Part shown: one piece after another, positions 1 to 13,058 of the stretch | Position numbering within the stretch: position 1 is the stretch's first letter | Layout of the letters: each line of letters starts with the position of its first letter | NCBI GenBank assembly: GCA_012295275.1 | Contig: CM022673.1 | Coordinates: 27,404,001 to 27,468,000 of the forward strand | DNA from: Chrysomallon squamiferum | Taxonomy: Eukaryota; Animalia; Mollusca | Direction: 5' to 3' | Length of the DNA stretch: 64,000 nt | Notes under the pieces: generated by a model | Seen by the model: the letters and a program-made list of their open reading frames with translations, nothing else | Told to the model about the DNA's origin: nothing | The model's database searches: none | Position numbers and translations under genes: made by a program

Positions 1-597
1 AATACATGCTCACACAGATTTTGTTGTTATAATAAGATTACTAAGCAAGTGTTCGATGAAAAATTGGAGAAGCAACCTTTCAATCACTGCTTTCATATTT
101 GTTATTTATTTATATATTTTTTATTTCTTATACTCTGTTTCAATGGTTATAACGCAAGATTTAGTGAACGCAAGTGAAAATTCACGTTTCATGTTCAGAC
201 ATATATCAGTCTATTTCGCAAATTTATGAGGTGTGCATCTTGCTACCTGTGGCAAGGTACGTACAAATCATTAAAGTTAACTAATAAAAATAGACTCTCT
301 AATATCTTCATTATTAGCAGAAACCGAGCACCTTCTTTGACAATGAAAATAATGATTTCATTTAGATAGAAACACATCCACGTACAAAGTCTGAAAAAAA
401 TGAAGTAGAAGTCAACTAACTAGATCATTTTCTGAGACATAAACATAAATAGGAAACACGGCAAGAAGTATTATTTTCTTCCATTTCCTTTATAATTTAA
501 ATATTTTAGACACATGCTGAATTTAAGATTTTCTATTTAAATTACAACAAACACTTGAAAGTTTCTTCTTTCTTTTTTTTTTTTAATTTAATTTATT

Positions 598-2912
598 CTA
601 ATTCTTCTTTTTGCGAGATCTTTCTTTCTTTGTAATAGGTTCTGGGCGACTTTTAGGTGTTTTTGTTTTGGCACCTGCCTTCGACATTTTAGTTTTTGCC
701 GTTTGTTTCAGTTTTTTGCTTCCTGAAGATGAATTTTGAGGTGACATTTTATGATCATCTTCTCTCTGTCTTTGCTTTTTCTTAGCTGAAGACAAACCTG
801 TGTCACTGTCAGTTGTGGTTTGTGTAGGTGATTTTTCACTAGTTTGTTTTTGTGGTGATTTTTTACTAGTTTGTTTTTGGGGTGATTTTTCACTAGTTTG
901 TTTTTGGGGACGCTTACGTGTTCTGCTGGGTGAAGCAAAACTGTTGTTAGTGGATACTTCTTTGTTAGCTTTATCATCTTTCTTTTTTGATTTATTAGAT
1001 TTTAATGATGCCTTTTCACTCAAGTCTTCTAATTCTTGATTTGCACATACAGCGAAAACAGTTTCTGATATTTCATCTTGGTCATTTGTATTTTGTTTTT
1101 TCTTTTGTGACTCGTTCCCTCCTTGAAGCTCTTCGGTTTCACCTTCAGCCAAATCAGAATCACCAGCCATCTTGTCCTTACCCGTTTTTCTACTTTTATT
1201 TCTCACTGTTCTTGGACGTTTTGCTTTCAAATTTATTTTTGGCAGAGTCAAATCCACGTCATTTTCTGTTTGTAATTTCCTTTTCTTCTCACTTTCTGCA
1301 TTTTCATGATCTGATTCAAGGTTAACTGTTCTTTTTCTCCTGTTCTTTGCCCTTTCACTTTTGGCAAATTTACTGGCTTGCTTTTTAGAGGAATTTTTTC
1401 CCTTTTCATCTAATGCTTTTTCACCTAAATCTGTTAAAAAAAAAAAAAAATAAAAAAAAGATAAAAAAAAAACAAACAAAAAAAAAAACACCCAATAGAA
1501 ATAAAATATCACTTAAACTGAAATGTAACCAATATAATTTATTATATTTTCAACATTCATTTCCTTTGAAATGTATTTAAAAACAGAAATAAAAAAGAAG
1601 AAATCAGAAAATAAATTCAGACAACCAGTAATTAATTGTTGTAATATCTATCTATCTATCTATACATATATATATAAATTTTTCTTTGAGGTGATACACA
1701 AATATTTAAAACGTATAGGAGTCCATAAAATCACAATTATATTTTATAACAGAATGCAGAACTGTGGTATTCTGGGTTTTAAAATAAAACATATCTAAAG
1801 TTTGCAGTTTACAAATTATTTAAATGAACGCAAACCTTTATCTGCAGTTAAACTTGGCATCGGTAAAAAATCCGTTTTTTCTGGTTTTTTCAAGGAATGA
1901 CCTTCACTTTTATCATCATCATCATCATCGTCATCCATGTCGGACAGTTCCTCTGAAAACAGTTAGCAATAAAACAACATTAAACATGTCTGTTGTGGTT
2001 TAGAATGCCAGTCCAAATTGCAGTCATGATATGTAATTTATCAGTCAACAAGTTGGCCCTTCACCAAGCAATTAACAGAAATGACTGAAAATATCTAGAA
2101 GATAAAACTAAAAGCATTATAACTTAGATGTTCTCAGAGTACAGAGTATTTAAGCAGTACGTCAATGCATACAAAATAGGAAATTATTCTTTGTTACAGC
2201 TATGTCTGACTCTTCTTGGAACTGCTGTACAAGCTTTTCCATAGTTTTAATCAAATATTCATTAAAAAAAAAAGACAAAAAGATAAAATGAAAATACATA
2301 GTATTTTGATTTTTGCTTATCATTTCTTTTTCTTTTTTTTTAAAAGAAAAGAATTCCCTCTTATATTCACAATCCACTTTTTATCTCCATGATAAATTAA
2401 TATAAATAAAAATTAAAAAAATAATAATAATAAAAAATAATTTAAAATAGTTAAAAAAAAAAGTAACTTAAATAATTTATTCAAGTATACCATAAGATAT
2501 CCCTTTTTTCTTCTTTGGCGACTTGTCAGAAGAAGAATCCATTGTAACATTTCGATGTCGTCTTGCCTTTGTCTGTTTCCCCAGACCTGAGAATGCTTTT
2601 GCCTTCAGTTTGGCAACATTGGATAATGATGGTTCCTTTAATCATAAAATTTTAGTAATGCTGTTAGATTGAAATTATAGGAACATTACAATGTAACAAA
2701 ATAATAAAAATATACAATTTTTAAAGTTTTATTTTAATAATAATAATCATCACCAATAAGTAAAATTAAAATTTGGAATAAAAAACCAGTATTTTTTGTA
2801 GAAAGAAAACAATCACTGCAACATTAAAAGTCCATGTAACTGTAAAAATCTCCTTTTCTTATTTTTATTTTAAAAAAAAGCATACATAGTTTTATATTTA
2901 AATATATATGAT

Positions 2913-2954
<42 letters not shown>

Positions 2955-5900
2955 AAGCTTACTATTGTTGGATCTTCCTCATCAGAAAGGTCAAGCACTG
3001 ACCTTTTTGGCTGTAAGTAAAATAACAAAATAGATTCTTATAAAATAGTAAATGATTTATATAGCCAGTTATTTATTTTAGATACATGTCAGATTTAAAT
3101 ATAGTTTTCTGTTTTTGGTTAAATGAAACCTTAAATCTAAAGCAATTAGTTTAAAGGAATTTGTTAAATATGATTCACTTCTAGATGTTATATCATAGTA
3201 CATTACAATAACCCATAATATTAACATTATATGTAAAATACAAACAATAAATATTGAAATGTTTATCAGATTATCATGAGACCATCTTATTTTAATGTCT
3301 TATTCCAATAAAACTTAATGCAACAATTATCTGAGTCATATATGAGAAGGAATTTTTAAAATGAATTGGATCAACTTTAAATAATAGTTTGCCTATTTTT
3401 ATTTAATTATGATAGTTTAATATTTTATATTCTGAAAATCGGTGACAATAACATGAGATAATATTACAATAATTTGAGGAAATAGCAGATTCAGATTTCA
3501 GAAAAAAAAGCTTTCTGAAGTTTACTGAAATGTTACAAAAGGGTTTTCAGATGTGTTAAACTACACATACCTGTTGCTTGAGCTTTGTCAACTTCTCCTT
3601 ATGAGCTTCTAATCGACTGAAATAAAAAACACAAATTCAGTACCTTCAAATTATATATGAGAAAGATTCTGTAGATGTTGCAGAATCACTTTTATGAGCC
3701 TGAAAGTTAATTAATTAATATCACACCTTGAACAGAACACTTTAATTTTATCAAATTTTTATATTTTTAATCTACAAAAGAACTAATTTAACTAAAAAAA
3801 AGAAAAGAAAGGAGAATATTTGTTTTAATTTATACAACAAATTAGTTTAAATTTATTAGAATTAAGAACTCATGACAATGGTAAATATTTAGTATTTGTC
3901 TGAAAACTGAATATTAAATTTTCAAACGTGTTTAGAACACAGATGATGTTGTTTACTGTGTACGTACTCTACATCTGGATTTTACATCAGTTATTTTGTA
4001 TTGACTTGTTAGGGCTGATGTTTCCACAACAAACCTGACTATGTTTGACACCAGTTTGCTCTGGATCATGTCCAGTGACCGGACTGGACGTTCAGCATCT
4101 GGTCCAGCTAAACCTATTTTTATTTTCTCATATTCTGTGTGCACAGCTGACAATTCCTAAACAAAACAACAAAAAAAATATTAAAAATAAATAAATAATT
4201 GTTTTTTTAATAATATTTAAAAAAAACTAATAATAAAATAAAAATAATAATAAAGTACAAAAACATGTTAATTTAAAACAAAATTCCATTTCAATTAATG
4301 ATGTTTAGGAATATAATATATAGTATAATACAAATATTATAACTGTAGTAACAACAACAACAACAACAACAATAATAAACTATTGTATAATTTAATTTAA
4401 AAGATTACATTTTGCTTTGAATCATATCTGATCAATAAAAACTACTAGGCCTCAATTTTTAGTGATAAATATTTCAACTCTCATTATTCATGAGCTTTCT
4501 TGCATTTATTAATTACTAATTTCTGCAAATCTTAAACTAACAGGTGAGACAAAAATTACCTCCAAAGCGTCAACAGAAAACATGGTTTGAAGACATTCTT
4601 GACTCTCCTTCAATTCATCAGGCATTTGACTGGCCACAGGCGTTTCAACAGCATCACTTGACCTGGGGTACACCTGAAATTAATTTTAAAAAATTATTAC
4701 AAATAATTAAATAAAATATAATTGATTTATTGTTCTGAAAAATTAAACTAGGAAAATTAGTAAATTAAAAAAAAAAAACAACTAAGGAATAATAATTGTA
4801 GACTTTTCTTGTTAATTTTATTAAATTATTTGAAGTGACAAAATATTTTTTAAATGAAAGTCATATATAGGTTACAACTGTTGTTTTTAATTTTAACTTA
4901 TTCATAAAATAAATTTAAAAAATAAAATAAAATAACAGCTCCCTTATACAATGTATTTTCAAAATACCATAAAATTAATCAATATTTTCTGAATATAATT
5001 AAATAACAATTAGAGGTTTATAACTCAAAACAATTTCTTTTTTTTGTTGTTGTTGTTTTCTTCTAAAACGGCTAGTAGACAAGATCTAATACAACTTTAA
5101 AAATAAAGACATTTAATATTTATATAATTCGTAAATTAATTATTACATCAAGTAAATGGTTTGAATGCAAATCACCTCTTTGGCAGTTGCCACGTAGAGG
5201 AAGGCATGGTTGAAGAGCAGTTTCTCAAAGCAGAAATCTACATCAAGATGCTGCTGGCTGTGTGCATCTTCTTGAAAAGCAAGAATCTGTTTCCACTGCT
5301 CTGGTGTCACCCGAATCTTTTCAAAAAGGAAAACGATTTTTTTTAAACAACAAAACATCCAAGGTCAATGCTTAATATAAATTTAATAGAAAAAAACAAA
5401 AACAAGATAAATTCAAATTCTTTAGCAAAAATTTGACAAATATAACAAAAAATTGTAAAAAATAACATATGTAATTTATCTTCTTTTTAAACTTTTTTTG
5501 TTTTCTGGATTTATCTTTTTTTCTGTTCAGTTCACACTGCTCATATCTAAAATATAGCTATCTTAGAAGAAATGGCTAAAAAACCTAACCTTTAATGGTC
5601 TTCATTTGTGTTTTTTTTTAAACATTAATTATACAAGTATTCATGAGTGAAAATTTTACAACTGTGATGATTCATGTATTTTTATTTTCCTGGGTCTTTT
5701 GTTTTTTTTTAAATAATGCAACCTTAATTTCATCTTGAAATATGCATCAATCAAACTGAAAGTAAAGAGTCTCTGACTTCTTTTGTAAATTATTAATCCA
5801 CTCCTGATAGAGATAATAATATATCCACTATAAATATTTATGAAAACTGTGATTTTTTAATACCAGTGATTTAGGAAAACACTGCTGGGTAAAATATAAT

Positions 5901-7011
5901 CCATACAGCAAATACAGGCCTCCAACACGAACTTGAAAGTTATATGGTGGCAGGAAATACAAGAGAGCGATGCTGAAACACTCATCCATAAACTAAAAAA
6001 AATAAAATAAAAGTAAATTAAAAAGTACAGTGGAACCTTGGGTTGTATGTAAACCGAAGTGATGTCAGACACACGAACGCCACTCTCATGTTTTGCAGTT
6101 ATTTATTTCTTAACATCTACTGTGATACATTTATACTTTCCACCAGAATTATCACTTTCAGTTTCTGTTTTCTTGGGTGCAATATTGGATAGGGTATAAT
6201 AAAAAATATACACATAAAAGCAGTGACACTTTAAAAATGCAAGCGCACAATCTGACTGCAAAAGCTACTGAGCTGCAACTGCATATCATAGACTAAAGGC
6301 CCTAATTCATGATACATATTTGGTTAGGGCATATTATAATCCTTACTTTGACCTCGTTTTTGACGTAAACATCTCTTCTTATCTTTACTAGATCTTGACG
6401 TCAAAACCGACGTCAAAGGAAAGTTTGTCGTGGTCCTTCTATGTAATTCGTAACTCGGGACATTATTCGTAAACCGAGACTAAAATTGCCCAAGATCACG
6501 ATTCGTAATCCGATTTGTCCGTGCTTCGAGGCGTTCGTAGCCCGAGGTTCCACTGTAATATGAATTGTAGTACAATCGTAACAATGTTAATTAATGTCAA
6601 AATCATAATAATAATAATCATTTTTGCTTTATATAAATTATGCCTAACATACTATGCAAATTATTATATTTCTAAGATCATATTCTTGGATGTCAGTAAA
6701 TAACTCATTTTTGATTTTAGTTATAAAAATTTTTAATGATTTTTTAAAAAATAATTCAAATATAGCTCTTTTAGGTTTAGTTCACCAAAAGATGAAAAAA
6801 GAAAGAAGAACCGTGTTACTACCTCGCGAACCTCTCTGTCATTCTGTCTCCCAGCACAGAGGAAAGAAAATTTCATACTTCGCCAAACTTCTGCAAATTG
6901 TTCATAACGAACTGTCTCAGTTTCAGTGAATTTTTTCAATAGATTTTCGAAATCAAGTCTGACACCTGAATTTGGATGTTGCCTCTTTACGCCCTGTCTA
7001 TTTGCTGGCAT
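598..7011 (-). CDS. SNAPC1: snRNA-activating protein complex subunit 1 (SNAP43), 10 coding exons
   Basis: Exons with GT-AG sites and consistent phases: 7011-6823, 5992-5864, 5316-5176, 4673-4560, 4156-4035, 3616-3571, 3010-2963, 2635-2491, 1952-1836, 1430-598. Spliced protein DFENLLKKFTETETVRYEQFAEVWRSMKFS...YFLPPYNFQVRVGGLYLLYGLYFTQ...IRVTPEQW...HLDVDFCFEKL matches the SNAP43 domain as I recall it. KAKAF...KARRHR motif is in exon 8. Long Lys/Ser-rich C-terminal exon. Confidence 0.92.
829..909 (-). repeat. 3 x 27-bp coding tandem repeat (PQKQTS[E/K]KS) in SNAPC1 last exon
   Basis: Near-identical units tgatttttcactagtttgtttttg(t/g)gg starting at 829, 856 and 883. Confidence 0.9.
2919..2953. 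repeat. (GA)n microsatellite next to SNAPC1 exon 7 donor
   Basis: Direct reading. Confidence 0.95.
6028..6555 (-). mobile_element. pogo/Tigger-like (Tc1-mariner superfamily) non-autonomous element, copy 1, in SNAPC1 intron 1
   Basis: Terminal inverted repeats CAGTGGAACCT(T/C)GG...CCGAGGTTCCACTG with TA on both sides (6026-27, 6556-57). Reverse complement of the element at 55714-56268. Decayed transposase N-terminus APKKTETESDNSGGKYKCITVDVKK*ITAKHESGVRVSDI. Confidence 0.88.
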
Positions 7012-7480
7012 TTTATATTATTCAATAAACTAGTTAATGAACCAAGCCTGAATGTCGAAGGTTTAAAACGTATTTAGTATGTCATTTCCAACAGCCCGCT
7101 ATACAAAGAAACTTCACTTCCCTGTTTCACTTCTATCATAGACAAATAATCAAACAAATCAAAATAGAAAGATGTTTTTAGTGAGTACAATCTTTGAATG
7201 GTAAATATTATTATTATATTGTTACACAGATATTATCTTTAAAACGCTATCTGAAAATAAGATTAACTTATATTTGAGAACTATCGTAAGCGACCAGAGT
7301 ACAATCACGAATACTTACGGAAACAAAACCATTATCTGCCGGTGTTTTCCGAACATCTCTTGTACCTATTCTTATTCACTATCAACAGTGTTCTCAAGTA
7401 ACAGTGTCCAAATTTAGAGAAAGTCTATAATTAGCAGCTAAACAATTTACTGTAAATAAACCAGTTTAATTTAGTAAGTT
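7012..7480. promoter_or_regulatory. Probable bidirectional promoter region, SNAPC1 / Kelch gene
   Basis: Head-to-head gene arrangement, local CpG enrichment and CACTTCC/CGGAA ETS-like cores. Candidate non-coding exon donor (gtaagt) near 7474. The TSS cannot be determined from sequence. Confidence 0.4.
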
Positions 7481-7728
7481 AGGAATAATGATTTGATATC
7501 TTGAGAGTCTATCACATGATTTAAATGACTAAGGTGAACATTATGATTATATTTTTGTTTCTAATGTTAGCATGCAATAAAACTAAAAACAAAGATTTTT
7601 CATTACAGATAACTTCTCAAAGGTATTACGTCGTTTTAATGAATATTAACTTGTACGTGTATTTACATATTTTATTTTACTGAAATAATATCACTATATT
7701 TATTCATTTATTATTTTTATTATCATTG

Positions 7729-7729
<1 letters not shown>

Positions 7730-7796
<67 letters not shown>
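7730..7796. repeat. (TTA)n microsatellite
   Basis: Direct reading. Confidence 0.95.
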
Positions 7797-7798
<2 letters not shown>

Positions 7799-8408
7799 GA
7801 GGGTAACAGAGTGCATAATGTATGTTATATAATTATTTTTATTTTTCAGATCTGTATATGTATTATATTCCTGGAAGAAAAAATAAATTATCTCAAATTA
7901 CTCATTTCCACATCTGTAGTGTGTGAAAATAATTGTAAAGCACTTTTAATAGAGAAACATCTGCATGTATCAAGATGGAGTAGAAAATCTAATTGCTTTA
8001 TGTGCATACTTTTATATTTTTAAAAAATGTTGTTTATTATATTTATAGTAAATGACAGCACATTACAGACGCATACAAACATATAGTGAATGATATACAA
8101 ACCTACATACAAACAGCATTAAAATTTCTTTTGAAACTGATTGTATTTGAAACAGACAAAAATATAAACGAGGTCTTGCTTTTATATATTTCACGACATA
8201 CAAATATCTGAGGTAATCTACCTGTCTGATTTTAGATATATGTATATAAATGAATATATGTAGGTACAGTAGATTCGACATGTTACCTACAGACTAATTT
8301 AAATGTTTTAAAAATGTAAGAAACAAATTCGTGCATTCATTTACGTGATCATAAATATTTAAAATAAACTGGAACGTTGACTTTTTATTACACAGGACAG
8401 TAAAAAAG

Positions 8409-10803
8409 ATGAATGCACAACAGACGAGGTTGCTTCAAGGACTGAATGATCTTCTGCAGTATGAAGAGTTGACTGATGTTATACTTATGGCTGAAGAAGC
8501 TGAATTTCCATGTCACAGGAATATTTTAGCTGCCAGTAGCCCGTACTTCAGGCAATAATTTATGGATTTATAAAGCAAATCCATGTTCATTATCATCTTT
8601 TTCATAACAGTGAACAAATGTTGTTTTAAAGTACTGGAGGAGTTAAAAAAATGAATAAAAATAAAATTCCAAAAACAAATTTTAGCAAAGATTCGGTTTA
8701 ATATCAGTCCAGAAATAACTTTAGATATAATTTTAGATGAATTCAGTCCTTTGCTCAATCACATACACAATGTTTCTTTTAAAAGTAATTTATGTTCAGC
8801 ATTCTTGATTTCCTCCCCATACCTTTGGGTGATGTTTAACTACATTTAGGGTCCTATAATTGGTAACACAGTAGCAATGTAACATGATATTTTCAGATGT
8901 GCCAAAGTAACTGTTTTTTTAATTTAATTTAATTTTTTTTATTTGTTTCATCAAAATAAAAGAAATACAAATTAAAAAACAAAACCTTTTTGCTTTCAAA
9001 TTTTAATGCTGATATAAATTTATTTTTCTTGTTTTATTTAAAAGTTGTCATTAGAACTTTATGATTTTAAATTCAGTAATAATTTGTGTCTGTAATAATT
9101 TTAAGCATGGAATTTTGTTTTTGTTATTATAGAGCAATGTTTACAGCCTATGTCAGAGAAAGCACACAAAGAATTATACCCATTCATGGAATAAGCAAGA
9201 AAGCTTTGGGTCTGGCCATTAAGTTCATATATACTGGTCTTGTGGACATCACAAACGATAATGTCCAAGTGCTAATAACAGCATCAAATATATTCCAGCT
9301 TGAAACACTTTTAGATACTTGTGTTGATTATATGGCAAAAGAATTATGCTTGGAAAACTGTTTGGATGTTTATGACTTTGCCGAGTTTCAGTGTCTTCCA
9401 CAGTTAAAGCAAGAAGCAAAATTGTTCATTATGGAACATTTTGTGGAACTTTTTCAAAATGAACACAACTTGAAAAAAGTTGACAAGAAAACGTTCACAG
9501 AATTCATATCTTCTGACGATGTTGAAGTGGAAAAAGAAGAAATTATATATAAAACCGTCCTAAAATGGATAAATGCTGACGCGAATAGTCGTGTGACAAG
9601 TTTTCCCAGTCTTTTCAGCCACATCAGATTAACTCTGATGAGCAGAGATTTCATACAGTCAGAGGTTGAAACTAACCCTCTGGTTGCTAACCACACAATC
9701 TGCAGAACTATGATTTCAGTAGCAAATATTTACAATCTTGCCAAAGCCAATAATGCAAATGTAGAAGATGACAATACTTTTGACATTAACACAAAACCTC
9801 GCCGAGGAATGTTCAAGAAGAAAATGTTAGTATTTTCAGGTGGTGTGAATGCCAAAGGGCAGCGATATCTCAGTTGTTTTGATCCAGAAACAAGCGAAAG
9901 AATTATGTTGGGATAAAACCAATAGGACCCTTTGACAGTCCTTATAAAGTAAATCATTACAGACTTGCTGTAACTCAAGAATCCAACATCTTTTTTATTG
10001 GTGGCGAATTAGTTAACACCGATTCTTGTTTTGCACTGGATTCTATTTACCACTATCTTCCAAAACAGAGGACTTGGCAACAGGGTCAGTCAATGCACTG
10101 TGCGCGCTGCTGTTTTGCTGTTGCAGTAGTTGGCAGTAGGATTTATGTATTTGGTGGTTTGAAGAGTCACAAGGAAATGAAAACATTAAACGATGTTGAA
10201 GTGTACGAAACAGAAAATAATGAGTGGCACATTCTTGCTCCAATGCCTGTAGGCATTTTCAGTCAAGCAGCGTGTGCATATCAGGAAGATATTTTCATAT
10301 TTGGTGGCCGGCATCATATTGATGGAGAAACCCAATACCTTGACACTGTGTTGAAGTATTCATTAACCACAGACACATGGGCACTTGTTGCTACGGAGAT
10401 GATAAATCCTCGTGCTGAATGTTGTGCTTTTCTCCTCAGGGACAAGATATTTGTCCTTGGTGGTCGCAGCAAGTATCAGAATATGGTTTCAGTCGACATT
10501 TACGATCCTGTGAAAAATAAATGGAAGTTTGGCCAGGACTTTCCAGAAGACAGAAGCACAATGGCCATCACGTTGTTTGACGATGTCTTTTATGTCTGTG
10601 GTGGCCGTGTTGTCTTGCCAGTTCACTCCCGCTCTGCAAGATCAAGATCTGTTGAAAGGAAAGATCTGTTTAAATATGACCCAGAAACAGATGAATGGTC
10701 AAAAGTTGTAAAACTGATACCTGATGCCAGTTTTGAAACATGTACTGCAGCCAAAGTTGATACTCAGTTTTTGGAAGAAACTGATTTTGTTAGCTCTTTA
10801 TAA
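8409..10803 (+). CDS. Kelch-like protein (BTB-BACK-Kelch, Cullin3 adaptor family), with one frameshift at about 9895
   Basis: Exon 8409-8551 (LTDVILMAEEAEFPCHRNILAASSPYFR, BTB) joins exon 9133-10803 (AMFT...FIYTG; BACK NCLDVYDFAE...EEIIYKTVLKWI...LFSHIRL; Kelch repeats IYVFGG..VEVY..NEW, IFIFGG, IFVLGG, YVCGG). ORFs 9086-9916 and 10093-10803 join through a -1 shift giving DPET-x-RKNYVGIKPIGPF...NIFFIGG. The intron donor is GC. An additional upstream coding exon is possible. Confidence 0.85.
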
Positions 10804-11912
10804 CTGTTCTGAGTGAAAATTTATTTCAACAGAACTTTTTAGAGATTTACAGAAGTGCATTTCTTATATACGTATACATACATATATATATATATATATA
10901 TAAGACACATACTTGACGTTTTATTAAACCCCAAATACTAATTATAAATACTGACTGGAATGTGGCTTAACTATTGTTGTAATTATTTCATTTTGAAGTG
11001 TACAGTCTTAAACATCCTTTGAATATTATTCCAAAACTGACCTTCAATCCTTAGTCATTATCATATATTCTGAGAAGATTAATCGATATGTTGGTTGTTT
11101 TTGGCAGCTCAGGATCAGGACATTGGTTGCAACTACATTGGATCACACAGTATCAGCTGTTTTGAACACATAGAATATGCTTATAAAAAATCTTTTATTT
11201 AAATTCTTCAAAGAGAAAAGTTAAATTAGCAGAATATCAAAACATTTAATGAACTTGAACAATTGAATTAATTTTTTAATGACATACGTATTTCTAGTTT
11301 CATGGGTTTTTCTTATGAATTATCTCTGTTTGCTCACTCAGATAAAAATTATGCACTAAGACAAAACTGTGATATTTCTTTACATTTATCAGCATTTCTA
11401 GTCATTTCTCCAATTCAATTTTCAACTTTCACCTATTTACGCTTAGTAAAAATAAATGTCAGTGCCAATGTTTTGTTTGAACATGTTCTGAAAGTTAATC
11501 TTTTATGATTTTCAGTATTTGTGTTTTAGTCTCATATCCATTTAGTTTTTTTTTTTATTATTTCATATATGTAACCTTTTGATGACAAAGTGTGATTTTA
11601 TACCAATTTATATTTATTAATTTTCTGTTCAAAGTTTGTATAGAATTTGCTTAATATCAATTTTTAATTAAAAAAAATTTAAATTTAATGCCTATCGTTT
11701 GTTTAGATATTGCGTTTGGTTTGCAGATTAAGTAACCTGATTTGTCACAAAAGCTACTGATCATTTTTGGGTGATCCTAGTCTTGCTTTATTTTAAATCA
11801 CCCATGTAGCCTGTATTTATTTGATATAAATATTCATTATTAAACACATTTAATTCATTCACAGTTTTATTTTACTTTTTTCACTCATACACATTCAGGT
11901 TAATAAGTTATG

Positions 11913-13058
11913 TTACAGATTTCTTTTCTTTTTGTTAACTTTCATGTTCCTGTCAACAATAATGTTTTTCCTCTTTCCTTCTTTTTCGGTCTCAGCAGCT
12001 TTACTTTTAACCTCTTCAAGAGTCTCCCAAACATCATCATCATCATCGTCACTGCCTTCATTTCTTGTTTCAGCTGCAGAGGCAACAGCTTTAGTTCCTT
12101 TAACTTTGCTTTCATTCCATTTTGAAGAAAATAACAAACAGTTAAGTCTCGACTTCAAATAAAACTTGTGCAACAGTTCCTTTGTCTGAATGTCATGAAT
12201 TCTTAAAAACCTGTCGAGTCCACATGAAGCAACTAATGGCAATGAGGAGTGACACTGTATGTGTTTAACAGTCCCTGCGAATCCTTTGAATTTTTGAATT
12301 ACTTTTCCATTTCTCAAATCCAGTGACGCCATGTTTCCTTGAGTGTTACCGACTACCACTTCATACTCTTTGTCATTACGTAAACTCATTGTTGTAATAG
12401 GATATTCGTCAAAATTCATATCGAGAACGGGGCGCCGCTGTGGCGTGCTGGGGTCGTAAATTCGAATCTGATGATACCCTGTGCATGTAACAATTTTGCT
12501 GCTCTGTGGAATGAACTGAATCCCTAAAACCCAAACAGGAACTCGCAAATTCAACCAATCATTTCTAACATTTTTAGCTTTAAATATAGGTTCGTCGATA
12601 GAGTTCAAGTCCCACACTTTCAGATCATTTTCTTTTCCACCAGTTGCTATCTGCGTTTGGTTTTCTAAATTTAATGTTAAACAGGACAAGGTTTCTCCTG
12701 TTTTAATTTCAGTGAGATTTTCATCATTCCACATTTTCACAAGTCCAGAATCAAAGCCGCCTATTAAATTATTGTCAGACTTTATGATTCGTTTCAATTT
12801 TCCCTTCTCTTCATTAAACGGTGTAATTTCGTTCTGAAATGTTTTTGACTTCGCATCATAAAATATTACCGTTCCGTTTTGTAAGCCAAGACAGATTTCT
12901 GTTTCTTCATTATTTGCCCAACACAACGAAGCAATTTGTTTTTCTTTATTTGCTTCTTCAATTTTATTCAAATTTTCCCATTTGTTGTCTGATATACTGA
13001 CACCTTTTAATAACCCAGTTTCTGTTCCAACAAACACGTTGTACATGGAAGCAGCCAT
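11913..13058 (-). CDS. WDR74: WD repeat-containing protein 74 (Nsa1 homolog, 60S biogenesis), intronless CDS
   Basis: VFVGTETGLLKGV; IATGGKENDLKVWDL; FKAKNVRNDWLNLRVPVW; TCTGYHQIRIYDP..PQRRPV; VASCGLDRFLRIH; YLKSRLNCLL; acidic DDVWETLE then basic tail. Start taken at ATG 13058 (aaaATGGCTGC). Confidence 0.95.
   Translation of the reverse strand: MAASMYNVFVGTETGLLKGVSISDNKWENLNKIEEANKEKQIASLCWANNEETEICLGLQNGTVIFYDAKSKTFQNEITPFNEEKGKLKRIIKSDNNLIGGFDSGLVKMWNDENLTEIKTGETLSCLTLNLENQTQIATGGKENDLKVWDLNSIDEPIFKAKNVRNDWLNLRVPVWVLGIQFIPQSSKIVTCTGYHQIRIYDPSTPQRRPVLDMNFDEYPITTMSLRNDKEYEVVVGNTQGNMASLDLRNGKVIQKFKGFAGTVKHIQCHSSLPLVASCGLDRFLRIHDIQTKELLHKFYLKSRLNCLLFSSKWNESKVKGTKAVASAAETRNEGSDDDDDDVWETLEEVKSKAAETEKEGKRKNIIVDRNMKVNKKKRNL

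Noticed and set aside
2162-2377. Extra SNAPC1 exon MEKLVQQFQEESDIA
   Set aside because: The flanking exons already join in phase and there is no convincing acceptor.
3953-4034. Extension of SNAPC1 exon 5 to a donor near 3968
   Set aside because: It puts the next exon out of frame; the donor after 4035 gives the open phase.
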